64,000 nt of DNA from Candidatus Buchananbacteria bacterium (GCA_041665065.1 JBAYJM010000001.1:23116-87115), one strand, 5' to 3'; shown: positions 46,664 through 57,216, counted from the stretch's first letter. The notes: generated by a model from the sequence alone, not told the origin. Translations and numbers: made by a program.

Positions 46664-47317
46664 ATGTCTCTTAATTTTGAATACAACCTCAAAAAAGACG
46701 CCGAGAATCATCGGGCCATAGCTCACGCTAAATATATTGGCAAACCATCAAAAGTGATTGAATATTTTCAAGTAAAATTTGGGGGTGATTTCAGTGATGA
46801 TAAACTCAAACGATTTATAAAAGGACTTATTGATTATAATAAAATTGATATTGATCAAAAAGTCTTAGATTTTAAATCAACTTGGCAACAGGTAGAATTA
46901 GAATTTGAATTACGAATGAAAAACCTATTTGGTGATATTTTATCATTAGATATGTTTACCGCATATATTACAACAAATGATCGCTGTACGTATTCAACTA
47001 GAGATAATAGTTTTTTTCTTACTGTATTTAGTAAGCAACCAAGACTTGTCATTAGTCACGAACTATTTCATCTCTTTACTTGCCAAATCTTTAGCAAAGA
47101 ACTTAATGCAATGCCACAAAAGGCTGCCTATGACACAAAAGAATCACTCACCGAATTACTTAACTTTACATGCAAAGATATAATAGGAGCTCCAGATCTT
47201 GGATATGACCAACATAGAGAGTTGCGTAAGTTAATTTGTGAACTATGGCCAAAGAACAACAATCTAAAAAAAATATTTAATAAAGTTGCTAATGCAGCAC
47301 AATCTAAACACAACTAA
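46664..47317 (+). CDS. Putative zinc metallopeptidase (HExxH motif), unknown family
   Basis: 217 aa, AT-rich (native-like). ISHELFHLF contains HELFH. Confidence 0.5.
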   Translation: MSLNFEYNLKKDAENHRAIAHAKYIGKPSKVIEYFQVKFGGDFSDDKLKRFIKGLIDYNKIDIDQKVLDFKSTWQQVELEFELRMKNLFGDILSLDMFTAYITTNDRCTYSTRDNSFFLTVFSKQPRLVISHELFHLFTCQIFSKELNAMPQKAAYDTKESLTELLNFTCKDIIGAPDLGYDQHRELRKLICELWPKNNNLKKIFNKVANAAQSKHN

Positions 47318-47393
47318 ATTGTAATTCATTACTTAATTTTATAAAGACGCTTAGATTTTTTTAAAATATGAAGATATCTAAACGAAAGAAAAT

Positions 47394-48005
47394 ATGGATT
47401 ACAACAACAGCTATAAAAAACATCATCAATTGTGGGGCAATATGCCAAACAATTTAATAACAATGTTTGAAGGTGAGTTTGAACAAAATTGTAACTGTCT
47501 TGATTTAGGCTCCGGCCAAGGTCGTGATTCACTATATCTCGCTGGGAAGAATTTTAAAGTAACATCGGTTGACTCATCTGGGGTTGGAGTTGATCAATTA
47601 AAAGGTAAATCCATTGAACAGGGGCTTGTCTCAAATTTAGAATTAATATGTGAAGACGTATTGTCATTTAATATTCCCACACAAAAATTTAAAGTTATAA
47701 ATGCGATTAATTTGCTACAATTTTTACCCCGCCAACAAAGCTTATTGCTTATAGATAATATAAGAAAATCCATCGCTAACTCTGGCTTTATTATAATTAA
47801 GGCTTTTACCGTTAATGACTCCTCTTTTATTAAAAAGAGAGATAATAAAAATATGACATTCTTTTACCCCGATGAACTTAAAGGAATATTTAATGATTTT
47901 AAGATTAGACATTATTTTGAATATATTACCCTAGATCAGGGGCATGGGGACACTCCTGAGCCACATTTGCATGGAATAGTTGAAATTGTGGCACAAAAAA
48001 TTTGA
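47394..48005 (+). CDS. TehB-like SAM-dependent methyltransferase
   Basis: 203 aa. Motif I CLDLGSGQGRDSLYLA resembles tellurite-resistance methyltransferase TehB. Confidence 0.65.
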   Translation: MDYNNSYKKHHQLWGNMPNNLITMFEGEFEQNCNCLDLGSGQGRDSLYLAGKNFKVTSVDSSGVGVDQLKGKSIEQGLVSNLELICEDVLSFNIPTQKFKVINAINLLQFLPRQQSLLLIDNIRKSIANSGFIIIKAFTVNDSSFIKKRDNKNMTFFYPDELKGIFNDFKIRHYFEYITLDQGHGDTPEPHLHGIVEIVAQKI

Positions 48006-48236
48006 GTTTTGTTTAAATTGTAGCTGCGTATCTTTTTGCAAATATAAACAATTAATCGATTTAATATTTAAATGGTTTATAAATTCCGCCGTTTGGCGGT
48101 TTTTTTGTTTTTTTGGTATAATATAAATATAATCTATATTATGCTTTTAAATATTTATAAGATAATAGGCTTTATCCCTGGCTGACTACTTACGGAATTC
48201 TCTTGAAATGATATGTTATAAAAACTGATTTAAAAT

Positions 48237-48920
48237 ATGGCTGCAATTATTATTCTTTTAGTTCTCGCTTCGTTATTTAATCTTGCTTTGACGTTTATTG
48301 TTTGGCGCAGGAATTATAAAAGTCCAATGAATATTTTTTATTCCTTGGCAAATCTTGGTGTTTTTTTCTGGGTTATTTGTCAGGTTGGCATATTTATGCC
48401 AGTCAATGCTGAAATGTTATATTTTTCCTGGATTGCAAGTTATATCTCCGGAGCTTTTATTGCAGTCAACGTGGCGATCTTTAGTTTTTATTTCCCTTTC
48501 GCTAAAAATATAAACAAAAAGATAATTTTTATTATTTATTTATTGTTTTTTGTCTTGTTATTTTTATTATTTATCCCAGGATTTATTGTTAACCCAATGA
48601 CGTCAGTAACTGGTTATTCGTCGTCATTAGAATTAAAGGCTTCTTTATGGGGGTCTGTTATTTATGGTGTTTATTTTGTAATCATGTTTTATATATTTTT
48701 TAATAATTTTATAAAAAAATATATCAATATAGATGGATTTGCTAAGTCGCAAATTAAATTAATTTTAATTGGTGTTTCCGCAATCTTGCTTATGGGTCTT
48801 ATAACAAATGTAATAGCACCTATTTATATCGGGTCAAATATCGGTTGGATTGGGCCATTATCTTCTGTTATTATGGCTTTTTTTGCCCTTCATCTTTTAT
48901 ACTTTAAGCAGGATAAATAG
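48237..48920 (+). CDS. Stand-alone 7TM membrane domain protein (histidine-kinase N-terminal 7TM-like)
   Basis: 227 aa, seven hydrophobic helices. Resembles the N-terminal membrane domain of the sensor kinase at 51035. Confidence 0.5.
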   Translation: MAAIIILLVLASLFNLALTFIVWRRNYKSPMNIFYSLANLGVFFWVICQVGIFMPVNAEMLYFSWIASYISGAFIAVNVAIFSFYFPFAKNINKKIIFIIYLLFFVLLFLLFIPGFIVNPMTSVTGYSSSLELKASLWGSVIYGVYFVIMFYIFFNNFIKKYINIDGFAKSQIKLILIGVSAILLMGLITNVIAPIYIGSNIGWIGPLSSVIMAFFALHLLYFKQDK

Positions 48921-48929
48921 ATTTAACTT

Positions 48930-49592
48930 ATGCTTCTACTTATTTACAAAATAACCGCCTTATTAATTCCTATCTCAGCTTTTGGTGTTGGTTTTTATAG
49001 TCTATATTTAAATCCTAAATCAAAGCTCATCTGGCTATGGTTTTTAACAAGCTTATCTGTTGGTTTGTGGGGAGTGGGATTATTCGGCCTTTTGATTGCA
49101 CAAGATCACGATCAGGCTCTCTTTTTTATTCGTTTTTTGCAATCCTTCTCTGTTTTTATTCCTGTTTTCTATTTACATTTCATCCTAACATTTCTACATA
49201 TAGATAGAAAAAAAACGGCTTTTTTTGTTGTGCCTGCATATATTTTATCCCTAATATTTTCAGTTTTATCTTGGACGTCAAATATTTTTGTTGCAGAAGC
49301 TGCTCCTATGGCTGGATTTGATTATTGGGTTAGCGGAGGCCCATTATATATGATTTATATAGTCTATTTCGCGGTCTGCGTTCTATTAACCCTAGCCTTT
49401 TTATTTCTCTACTATTATAAGAGCGATGGAATAATAAAAAAACAAATTGCTTATATTATTGTTATTTCGTTAATCGGTTTTATTTCTGGGGGCACTAGTT
49501 TTTTGCCTATACTATTTAATATGTATCCGTTTGGAACTTTTATTACTTTTACATACCCAATACTTGTTACTTATAGTATTTTTAAAAAATAA
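48930..49592 (+). CDS. Stand-alone 7TM membrane domain protein (paralogue of 48237 and of the kinase N-terminus)
   Basis: 220 aa. SLSVGLWGVGLFGLLIAQDHDQALFFIRFLQ parallels LSIFAWSIGFFGVVISKQQHVAFLWQYLLD in the kinase. Confidence 0.5.
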   Translation: MLLLIYKITALLIPISAFGVGFYSLYLNPKSKLIWLWFLTSLSVGLWGVGLFGLLIAQDHDQALFFIRFLQSFSVFIPVFYLHFILTFLHIDRKKTAFFVVPAYILSLIFSVLSWTSNIFVAEAAPMAGFDYWVSGGPLYMIYIVYFAVCVLLTLAFLFLYYYKSDGIIKKQIAYIIVISLIGFISGGTSFLPILFNMYPFGTFITFTYPILVTYSIFKK

Positions 49593-49693
49593 TTCGGTTT
49601 TTAATGTCAATGGATGGGGTGGCAAGGAATAAAATTACTAGCACTAATTCAAAAAGATTTTTTGGAAAGAGAGTAAAATTATAATTTTTTAAT

Positions 49694-50320
49694 ATGACCT
49701 ATAAAATCATAAAGTTTCTCTTTGCCCCAATCATAAAGCTGCTTTGGATTAAAAAAGTTGAAGGATTAGAAAATATCCCAGAAACAGACAGAATAATTTT
49801 AGCCTCTAATCACGAAAGCTACTTTGATTTTATTTGTCTTGCGGCTATTAGCCCAAGGCCGGTTTATTTCTTGGCGGGTGAAGTATTTTTTAAGAAGTGG
49901 TATTTTAGGCCACTGATGAAAATGACCGGACAAATCAGAGTGGATAGGAATCAAAAAGATAAATCCCAGGCAGTAAATAAGGCTTTAGAAATTTTGGAAC
50001 GGGAAAAAGTTTTTGGTATATTTCCAGAAGGCACCAGGTCAGCGGACGGTAAATTGCAAAAAGCTTATACGGGGGTTGCAAAAATTGCTTTGAAGTCAAA
50101 ATCTAAAGTTATTCCCGTGGGAATGATTGGTACATTCGAAATTATGTCGCGACATGATAAATATCCCAAGTTTAAAAAATGCAAAATCAAAATTGGAAAG
50201 GCAATCAACCTGAGTCAATATTATGGGAAAGAAGAGGACAAAGAAGTTTTAATTAATATAGCTGATAAAATAATAATGCCCCAAATTGCCAAGCTAACGG
50301 GTGAGGAGTATAATTTTTAA
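49694..50320 (+). CDS. plsC: 1-acyl-sn-glycerol-3-phosphate acyltransferase (PlsC family)
   Basis: HxxxxD motif NHESYFD, and the FPEGTRS motif. Confidence 0.8.
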   Translation: MTYKIIKFLFAPIIKLLWIKKVEGLENIPETDRIILASNHESYFDFICLAAISPRPVYFLAGEVFFKKWYFRPLMKMTGQIRVDRNQKDKSQAVNKALEILEREKVFGIFPEGTRSADGKLQKAYTGVAKIALKSKSKVIPVGMIGTFEIMSRHDKYPKFKKCKIKIGKAINLSQYYGKEEDKEVLINIADKIIMPQIAKLTGEEYNF

Positions 50321-50360
50321 TTGTTTATAAATATTACTGATTTATGTTATAATTAAGTTA

Positions 50361-51038
50361 TTGAAACTTAATTTTTTTATGTCAGAAATAGTTTTTTTTG
50401 ATCTTGATGACACTCTTATTTTCGGCCAATCGCAAATCATGCTGGTTAAATATTTGTTTTCTAGGCATAAATTAAATTTTTTGGCTCTAATTATAACCAT
50501 TATTTGGATGTTGTTATATAAGGCTGGAATTATAAAGGATGTTCTGCCAGCCATGGAAAAATCTTATAAAATTGCTACGGGATGGGGAGTAGAAGATGCA
50601 AAAATTCTAGTCAGAGATTTTATTAAGGTGGAAGTTAAAAATAAAATATATTTAAGGGCTTTGAAAATTATTCAAGAACACAAAAAACAGAACAGAAAAA
50701 TAGCCGTGATCTCCAACAGCCCTCAGCTTATAGTGGATGAAATTAGTAGCTTTATAAAAGCAGATTATGCTTTTGGTACAAAGCTAGAGATCAAAAATTA
50801 TATTTATACTGGTAGAATTGATGGTAAGCCTCTTTATGGCAAGCAGAAGGCAGAATTTATCATGGCAATTGCCGTAAAAGAGGATTGGGATTTAAAAAAT
50901 AGTTTCGCGTATAGTGATCACTATTCAGACGTTTTTATGATGGAATTGGTTGGCAATCCTGTTGCGGTTAATCCAGATAAAAAACTGAGACTGATTGCTA
51001 AAGAAAAAAAATGGGTCATCGAAAATTTTAAAATATGA
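50361..51038 (+). CDS. HAD-superfamily hydrolase (subfamily IB-like)
   Basis: Motif I FFDLDDTLI, motif III K, motif IV DHYSD. Confidence 0.65.
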   Translation: MKLNFFMSEIVFFDLDDTLIFGQSQIMLVKYLFSRHKLNFLALIITIIWMLLYKAGIIKDVLPAMEKSYKIATGWGVEDAKILVRDFIKVEVKNKIYLRALKIIQEHKKQNRKIAVISNSPQLIVDEISSFIKADYAFGTKLEIKNYIYTGRIDGKPLYGKQKAEFIMAIAVKEDWDLKNSFAYSDHYSDVFMMELVGNPVAVNPDKKLRLIAKEKKWVIENFKI

Positions 51039-53287
51039 TATTTTTTGCTTCAACTTGTTTAATTGTGGCAATATTGAGCATTCTTTTGGGTATTTTAGTT
51101 TTATCTAGAAATCCAAAAGGCTTAATAAATAGGACTTGGTTTTTTGTGACCCTGTCTATCTTCGCCTGGTCAATTGGTTTTTTTGGAGTGGTCATATCTA
51201 AACAACAACACGTCGCATTTTTATGGCAATATTTATTGGATGCCGGTGGAATTTTTATACCGGTGACTTATCTTCATTTTGTTTGGGTACTTTTAGATAA
51301 AAATAAAACGAGTCGTAATAATTATTTAATCCAGTGTTTAGCTTTTTATACTTCTGCCTTTGCGATGTTGGTACTGAGTTTTTTTCCCATTTTTAAAAAA
51401 GGCATGCAACCGATCCTGGGGTTTAATTATTGGATAGAGCCTGGCAGTTTATATGTGTTGTTTCCCATATTTGTTGCTACATTGATGCTATATGCTCTCT
51501 TTTTGCTGATAAAAAGTTATTCAACCGCTACTGGATATAAGCGTGGTCAAATCAGATATGTTGCAATTGCCTTAATTGTTGGTTTTGGCGGTGGTATCAC
51601 AAATTTTTTCCCTCAGCTCATTAAGGTTTATCCTTTTGGGCATTTTTTTATGGCCCTCTATGTTGTTTTTATTACTTATGCCATAAGTCGCTACCGTTTA
51701 ATGGATATTAAAACAATCGTAAAAAAATCAACAGTTTTTACAGCCTTGGTTGTATCTATTGGAGCTATTTTTATAGTATTATCCAGTTTAACGTCATATT
51801 TTATCGATTTAGCATTAAAAGGCAACCAGTATGTCAGCCTAATTTCCGCCATAATCGTTTCAATTATTATAGCTTCGATTTTTCAGCCGCTTAGAAATAT
51901 TTTAGAGGCTTTGACGGATAGGTTTTTATTTACAAAGGAATATAACCCTTCGGAGTTGCTTACAGAAGTTAATCAGGCCATCTCTTCAACCATTGATCTT
52001 AATAAATTACTCAAGCTCGTCGCCCAGCACCTTGAAGACGTTTTTCATTATTCTAAAATAGGTGTTGCATTAGTCAGCAAAAGCAGCGCTGTGGAAAAGT
52101 TGAGAATATATTATCAATCTGGTTTTGATATAAAAGCTCTTGAAAAATTTACAAAAGGAAAAGTCGAAATTTTACCTTTATATTTTAATGACAATAAAGA
52201 AATTAAAGTAATTGATGAGTTAAAGGCAAAATATGAGGCGCATGAGTATCAGCCAAAAGATGTAGATCTGCTTGTGGGTCTCTATGACCTTGGTATTTCT
52301 TTGGTAATCCCTTTATTTTCAAAAGAAAAACTTATCGGAATAATTGTTTTAGGCAATAAAAAATCCGATGATCCCTATAACGGCGAAGATTTAAGAATGC
52401 TCACCATCATTGCCGGCCAACTTGGCATTGCCATTGAAAATGCCAGGCTATATGAACAGCAGAAAAATTTTAACGTCCATTTGAAAGATGAAGTTAAAAA
52501 AGCTACATCAGAATTGGAGGCTGTCAATAAAGAGTTAAAAAGACTGGATGATGCCAAATCAGAATTTTTATCAATTGCATCACATCAACTCAGGACACCG
52601 CTGACAATTACCAAGGGTTATGTTTCGATGATGAATGAGGGAAGTTTTGGCAAGGTGCCAAAATTGATAAAAGAAAATTTGGTTAAGGTGTATGCTGCAA
52701 ATGAAAGACTGCTTCACTTAGTTGAAAACCTTTTGGATATTTCAAGAATTGAAGCGGGCAGATTGGAATTTAATATGCAGCCGGTCGATTTGGTTGAGTC
52801 CGTTAAGTTGCTTGTTGCTGATTTCCAGAATAAAGCAAAAGAGAAAAAGATAAAATTAGAATTTTATCCTGAGCCGAACTTGCCGAAATGTTCCGCCGAT
52901 CCTGAAAAGGTAAAAGAGGTTATTTCTAACATTGTTGATAACTCAATTAAATATACGCCCGAAGGAGAAATTACGGTTGGAATTCATCAGGAGAGCCAGT
53001 CATTAGTATTTACTTGCCAGGATACCGGCATGGGAGTAGAGCCGGAAGACTTGCCAAGGCTGTTTAATAAATTTGTCAGAGGCAAGGGTATGATGACAGT
53101 CCATACTGAGGGAACGGGCTTAGGATTATATTTTGCCAGGGTGGTGATTGAAAATATGGGTGGCCGTATTTGGGTTGAAAGCCCTGGGAAGAACCGGGGA
53201 AGCAAGTTTTCTTTCAGTTTGCCATTGGCAGATAAAGCCAAAGCAAAAAAAGTTGGGGCGGTTGAAGAGATTAAAAATCCGGCTTAA
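51035..53287 (+). CDS. Sensor histidine kinase (7TM membrane domain - GAF - HisKA - HATPase_c)
   Basis: 750 aa. N-terminal 7TM, GAF-like middle region, H-box SHQLRTPLT, N/G boxes (DNSIKYT, DTGMGV, GTGLGL). Confidence 0.85.
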   Translation: MIFFASTCLIVAILSILLGILVLSRNPKGLINRTWFFVTLSIFAWSIGFFGVVISKQQHVAFLWQYLLDAGGIFIPVTYLHFVWVLLDKNKTSRNNYLIQCLAFYTSAFAMLVLSFFPIFKKGMQPILGFNYWIEPGSLYVLFPIFVATLMLYALFLLIKSYSTATGYKRGQIRYVAIALIVGFGGGITNFFPQLIKVYPFGHFFMALYVVFITYAISRYRLMDIKTIVKKSTVFTALVVSIGAIFIVLSSLTSYFIDLALKGNQYVSLISAIIVSIIIASIFQPLRNILEALTDRFLFTKEYNPSELLTEVNQAISSTIDLNKLLKLVAQHLEDVFHYSKIGVALVSKSSAVEKLRIYYQSGFDIKALEKFTKGKVEILPLYFNDNKEIKVIDELKAKYEAHEYQPKDVDLLVGLYDLGISLVIPLFSKEKLIGIIVLGNKKSDDPYNGEDLRMLTIIAGQLGIAIENARLYEQQKNFNVHLKDEVKKATSELEAVNKELKRLDDAKSEFLSIASHQLRTPLTITKGYVSMMNEGSFGKVPKLIKENLVKVYAANERLLHLVENLLDISRIEAGRLEFNMQPVDLVESVKLLVADFQNKAKEKKIKLEFYPEPNLPKCSADPEKVKEVISNIVDNSIKYTPEGEITVGIHQESQSLVFTCQDTGMGVEPEDLPRLFNKFVRGKGMMTVHTEGTGLGLYFARVVIENMGGRIWVESPGKNRGSKFSFSLPLADKAKAKKVGAVEEIKNPA

Positions 53288-53413
53288 AGCCGGAATTTTA
53301 ATTTAAGATTGGTTCTACTTGAAAAAATTATTAATTTTAGCTATTATATAGCAATATTATAAGATATTTATTTTAAATTAATTTAACTTAATTAATTTAG
53401 TGCCCTTAACTTT

Positions 53414-54283
53414 ATGAAGCCTTATCAGAAAATATTAGAACAGCAAGAAAAAGGACATTTTTTTGTTATACAACATATTTGGGGTCAAAGTGACAGCGGA
53501 GTATATAATGAACTGGTTGACGTCTGGAATGAAAAAGCTGGCATTGATGATAATATTTTTATCTTGTCTAAAAAATATTTTGGACTCAGATCTGTGGTTA
53601 AAACTCTTAAGAAGATGGGAGTTATTTTTGAAATTGTTGGGAAAGGTGAGGATGAGACTAGGCTGATAAAGATTACAAAAGATAACAATAGAAAATTAGA
53701 GCCAATTATTTTTGATAACTTTATAAATTTTAAATTCGCCGGTTTAGAATATAAAGTTGATGCCGGCCAGGCGATTTTTTCCAGAAATAAATTAGATGAG
53801 GGTACTGAATTTCTACTTAAAACCGCCCTCGAGCATGTTGGTGATCTAAACGGTAAGGCTATCGGTGATCTCGGCGGGGGCTGGGGAGCAATAAGCTTAA
53901 TATTGGGCACCACTTTTCCTCAAAGCCAAATTATTGCTTTTGAAAATGAGTTTTCTTCTATCAAGGCTTTTTCAAAAAACGTAGAAGATTTGCATAATAT
54001 TACTTTATTTAATTCTGATATTGCATCTTTAACGGATGAAAATATACAAAAATATTATAATAAGTTGGACTATATTATATCTAATCCTCCTTTGCATGTT
54101 ACAACCAAACAACGCGAAGACATCTGTCAAAATATGGGCAAGTTTATTAAAAAAGGCGGCGAAATATTTGTAGTGACGGAAGGGCGCTTTATTAGCATGT
54201 ATGAAAAACAATTAGCTAGTATTTTTAAAATAACGGGAAGCTTTGATTATAAGAGATTTAGGGTTTTTCAATGTGTAAAGTAG
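53414..54283 (+). CDS. Small-domain SAM-dependent methyltransferase (RsmC/RlmG-like)
   Basis: 289 aa. IGDLGGGWGAISLIL motif I, acidic FEN, catalytic NPPLH. Confidence 0.65.
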   Translation: MKPYQKILEQQEKGHFFVIQHIWGQSDSGVYNELVDVWNEKAGIDDNIFILSKKYFGLRSVVKTLKKMGVIFEIVGKGEDETRLIKITKDNNRKLEPIIFDNFINFKFAGLEYKVDAGQAIFSRNKLDEGTEFLLKTALEHVGDLNGKAIGDLGGGWGAISLILGTTFPQSQIIAFENEFSSIKAFSKNVEDLHNITLFNSDIASLTDENIQKYYNKLDYIISNPPLHVTTKQREDICQNMGKFIKKGGEIFVVTEGRFISMYEKQLASIFKITGSFDYKRFRVFQCVK

Positions 54284-54290
54284 TAATTAG

Positions 54291-54334
54291 TTGACATTTC
54301 AAAGTATTATTATATAATGACGATATATATCGTC
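54291..54334 (+). promoter_or_regulatory. Promoter TTGACA-16-TATAAT overlapping a perfect 16-nt palindrome GACGATATATATCGTC
   Basis: The -10 hexamer lies at 54313-54318, and the palindrome at 54319-54334 is followed by GTTTTTT. The 15-mer tatataatgacgata is repeated at 54311 and 54390, upstream of the TrmB-like regulator. Confidence 0.45.
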
Positions 54335-54440
54335 GTTTTTTAATTAACAATAATTACTGTAAATTGAGACTACATATAATATTATAAATTATATAATGAC
54401 GATAATGATAGACTAAAATATCAATAAATACCATAATTAT

Positions 54441-55220
54441 ATGATAAACAAGATTCAGCAAAATCAGATCAAGGACGCACTTTTACAATTAGGGTTGTCC
54501 GAAAAAGAAGCATTAGTTTATTTAGCAATTTTGCAGTCTGGAGAAACCTCTATTATAAATATTACAGGAGAGACGGGCTTAAGTCGGGGAACTTGCTTTG
54601 ACATAGTCGAAAGGCTGATTCGTGATGGTTTTGTCGCTGAGATTAAAAGGGGCAAGAAGAGAAGGATCGTAGTAGAAAGCCCTACGGGAAATTTTTATAA
54701 GGTACTTGATGGCTTGCATGATAAATTTACGCGAACTAAAAAGATGGTAGAAGAAGTTTTGCCACTAATAAAAAGCATTGGCAGTGAACAAGATTTCAAG
54801 CCACAAATCAGAGTATATTCAGGAGAGTCAGGATTTAAAAAAGTTTGGGATGAAATATTTTCCTCGGAGGTTGGAGAATTTTTAAGTATTGCCAGGGTTG
54901 AAACATTTGTGAAATTTGCGGGCGAAGATTTTCTCATTAGCATCCAAAATAGGAAGATCAAGGCGGGGATGTCTAGCCGAGCAATTAATGAGAATTCGGA
55001 TCTGGCTAATAAGTTGGTGGCCGCTGATAATATTTCCAATCGTGAGACCAGACTTATCCCAATCGGCATGGAATTTCCTTCTACTGAAATAATTTATGGC
55101 GACAAGATCGCCATGTTTTCGACTCGCGATGAAAATATTGTGGTAGTTATTGAAAGTCGGGATTTTGCTTCGACACATCGGGCATATTTTGAAATGATGT
55201 GGAAATTTTTAGAAAAGTAA
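54441..55220 (+). CDS. TrmB-family transcriptional regulator
   Basis: 259 aa. N-terminal wHTH LGLSEKEALVYLAILQSGETSIINITGETGLSRGTCFDIVERLIRDGFV is typical of TrmB. Confidence 0.65.
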   Translation: MINKIQQNQIKDALLQLGLSEKEALVYLAILQSGETSIINITGETGLSRGTCFDIVERLIRDGFVAEIKRGKKRRIVVESPTGNFYKVLDGLHDKFTRTKKMVEEVLPLIKSIGSEQDFKPQIRVYSGESGFKKVWDEIFSSEVGEFLSIARVETFVKFAGEDFLISIQNRKIKAGMSSRAINENSDLANKLVAADNISNRETRLIPIGMEFPSTEIIYGDKIAMFSTRDENIVVVIESRDFASTHRAYFEMMWKFLEK

Positions 55221-55299
55221 TTGAAAAAATAAGTTTAGAAACTAAAATCCGCCACAAGGCGGGTTTTAGTTTGAGAAATAATTAATTATTAAAAATTAT

Positions 55300-56433
55300 A
55301 TGTCAAAAAAACTTAAAATTGTTTTTTGGATAGGGATTGTCGTTATTATTGTCGTAGTCGCATTCTTTATTTTACAAAAACCAGATACAAAAACTGCAGG
55401 CACAGAACCGCATAAGATAGGGGTTGTCATGTCTCTTACGGGCAATGCTGCTGAATATGGCGACTCAACCCTCAAGGGCATGCAAGTAGCCTTGGATGAA
55501 ATAAACATCGATGCCAAAAAAATGGATATAATTTTAGAAGATGACAATTCTACTGCGACCGGAGCGGTCAGTGCTTTCCATAAAATAATCGCTGCGAATA
55601 ATGTTCCAGTAGTCGTTGGCTTCTTGGTAAGCGGTGGTGCAGTTGCTAGCGCTCCCGTTGCCAATGAATCAAAAGTAGTCATGATTAGCACTTTATGCGG
55701 GACAGACGACTTGAAAGATGCCGGAGATTATGTTTTTAGAATTCGTGAAAGCGGGAAAGCGCATAGTTTGGCGATGGCAAAATTTTTGAAGGAGAATTTG
55801 AAAAAGGATTCGGTGGCGCTTTTTTACGCTAGTGCCATAAATGGAGTTTCTTATGCTGACAATTTTAAGCGGGAGTTTGAAAGGCTGGGAGGCAAAGTAG
55901 TTTTTGAAGATCAATATATTGAAAAGAGTAATGATTTTAGATCTAGTCTGAGCAAGCTAAAGGGTGTGAATCCTGAGGCGGTGTATATTGCCGGAATGGC
56001 TCCAGATATGGGTTTGATTATCAATCAGGCCAATGAATTAGGAATAAAGACGCAGTGGCTAGCTTCGCCTGGCGCTGAAAACTCTAAAATTTTAGAGATT
56101 ACCAAGGGGGCGGCCGAAGGTTTAATTTTTACAACCCCACTATTTCGTTCTGATTCAAAAAATGAGCAAGTAGAAAAATTTGTGGAGAATTATAGGAAAA
56201 AATATGGTGAAGATCCTGATTTTGCCTCAGCTAATGGATATGATGTAATTAAGTTAGTTAATGATATGATCAATAAATATGGCTATGATGCCGATAAGAT
56301 CAAGGCTGGCTTGTATGGTGTTGTAAATTTTGATGGTATGGGCGGGACATTTTCTTTTGACCAGTTTGGAGAAGTTGAAAAGCCAGTTATGTTTAGAACG
56401 GTAAAAGATGGCAAGTTTGTTGAGTATAGATAG
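55300..56433 (+). CDS. ABC transporter substrate-binding protein (LivJ/Peripla_BP_6 type)
   Basis: 377 aa, N-terminal TM/signal anchor. Type-I periplasmic binding fold features (IGVVMSLTGNAAEYG..., VVVGFLVSGG). Confidence 0.75.
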   Translation: MSKKLKIVFWIGIVVIIVVVAFFILQKPDTKTAGTEPHKIGVVMSLTGNAAEYGDSTLKGMQVALDEINIDAKKMDIILEDDNSTATGAVSAFHKIIAANNVPVVVGFLVSGGAVASAPVANESKVVMISTLCGTDDLKDAGDYVFRIRESGKAHSLAMAKFLKENLKKDSVALFYASAINGVSYADNFKREFERLGGKVVFEDQYIEKSNDFRSSLSKLKGVNPEAVYIAGMAPDMGLIINQANELGIKTQWLASPGAENSKILEITKGAAEGLIFTTPLFRSDSKNEQVEKFVENYRKKYGEDPDFASANGYDVIKLVNDMINKYGYDADKIKAGLYGVVNFDGMGGTFSFDQFGEVEKPVMFRTVKDGKFVEYR

Positions 56434-56443
56434 TAATTTGTTT

Positions 56444-57144
56444 TTATAGTTTTTTCATTTTATAACAGGCAATCCCATCTTTAATATATTGGTTTGTCAG
56501 CAGAGGATAAAATTTCTCTTTTTCTATTTTTACTTTTTTAAAATCAATGAGTTTTAATTCTATGTTTTTATTTGTTAGTAATTTCCCATAGACATAAAAT
56601 ATTTTTTTGTTCCCAGTTATTTTATTGTCTGGCAATTGATGTATATTTTTAATAAAGTTTTCCAAAATTAAAGTGCACCTATTTATTATTAATTTTCTTG
56701 GCCTATTTTTACTGCCGAATTCCAATTCAATTGCATTTTTAAGTATTTGGCTAATTGGTCCTTTTGGATCTGGCCATAATAAAACTTTTTTTAGGTTTAT
56801 AAATTCTAGCGGAAAAGTTTTTGATAATTTTTTACGAGGCATAATGATAAAATCATCAGTTCCTTGGCTGGCTTCATGCAGGTCAATTATATAGCGATAT
56901 TTTTTAGCAATTTTAAAATTCTCGAAAGCGATTCTTTCTTCATAAATTTTTGATTTGGCATCTCCGGGATACGAGCGATTCAAATCAGCTTCAATAAGGC
57001 GGACATTTTTTTCAAGTGCTTTTGGATTGGCAATTAAAACGTCAAAATATTTTTCTAATCCTTTGTTTTCTAAAATTTTTACAGCCTCAATTCCAATTTT
57101 TTCATTGCCATGAGTGGCGATGATAAATAAAATTTGTTTTTTCA
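56444..57144 (-). CDS. Succinylglutamate desuccinylase/aspartoacylase (AstE/AspA) family zinc hydrolase
   Basis: Start at MKKQILFIIATHGNEKIG. HGNE, DLNR and DLHE metal/substrate motifs. Confidence 0.6.
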
Positions 57145-57216
57145 TATATTTATTAATAAGTTTTAATTTTGAGGCAGGCAAACGGTTTGCTTGCCTCAAT
57201 AAAACACGGATTGCGG

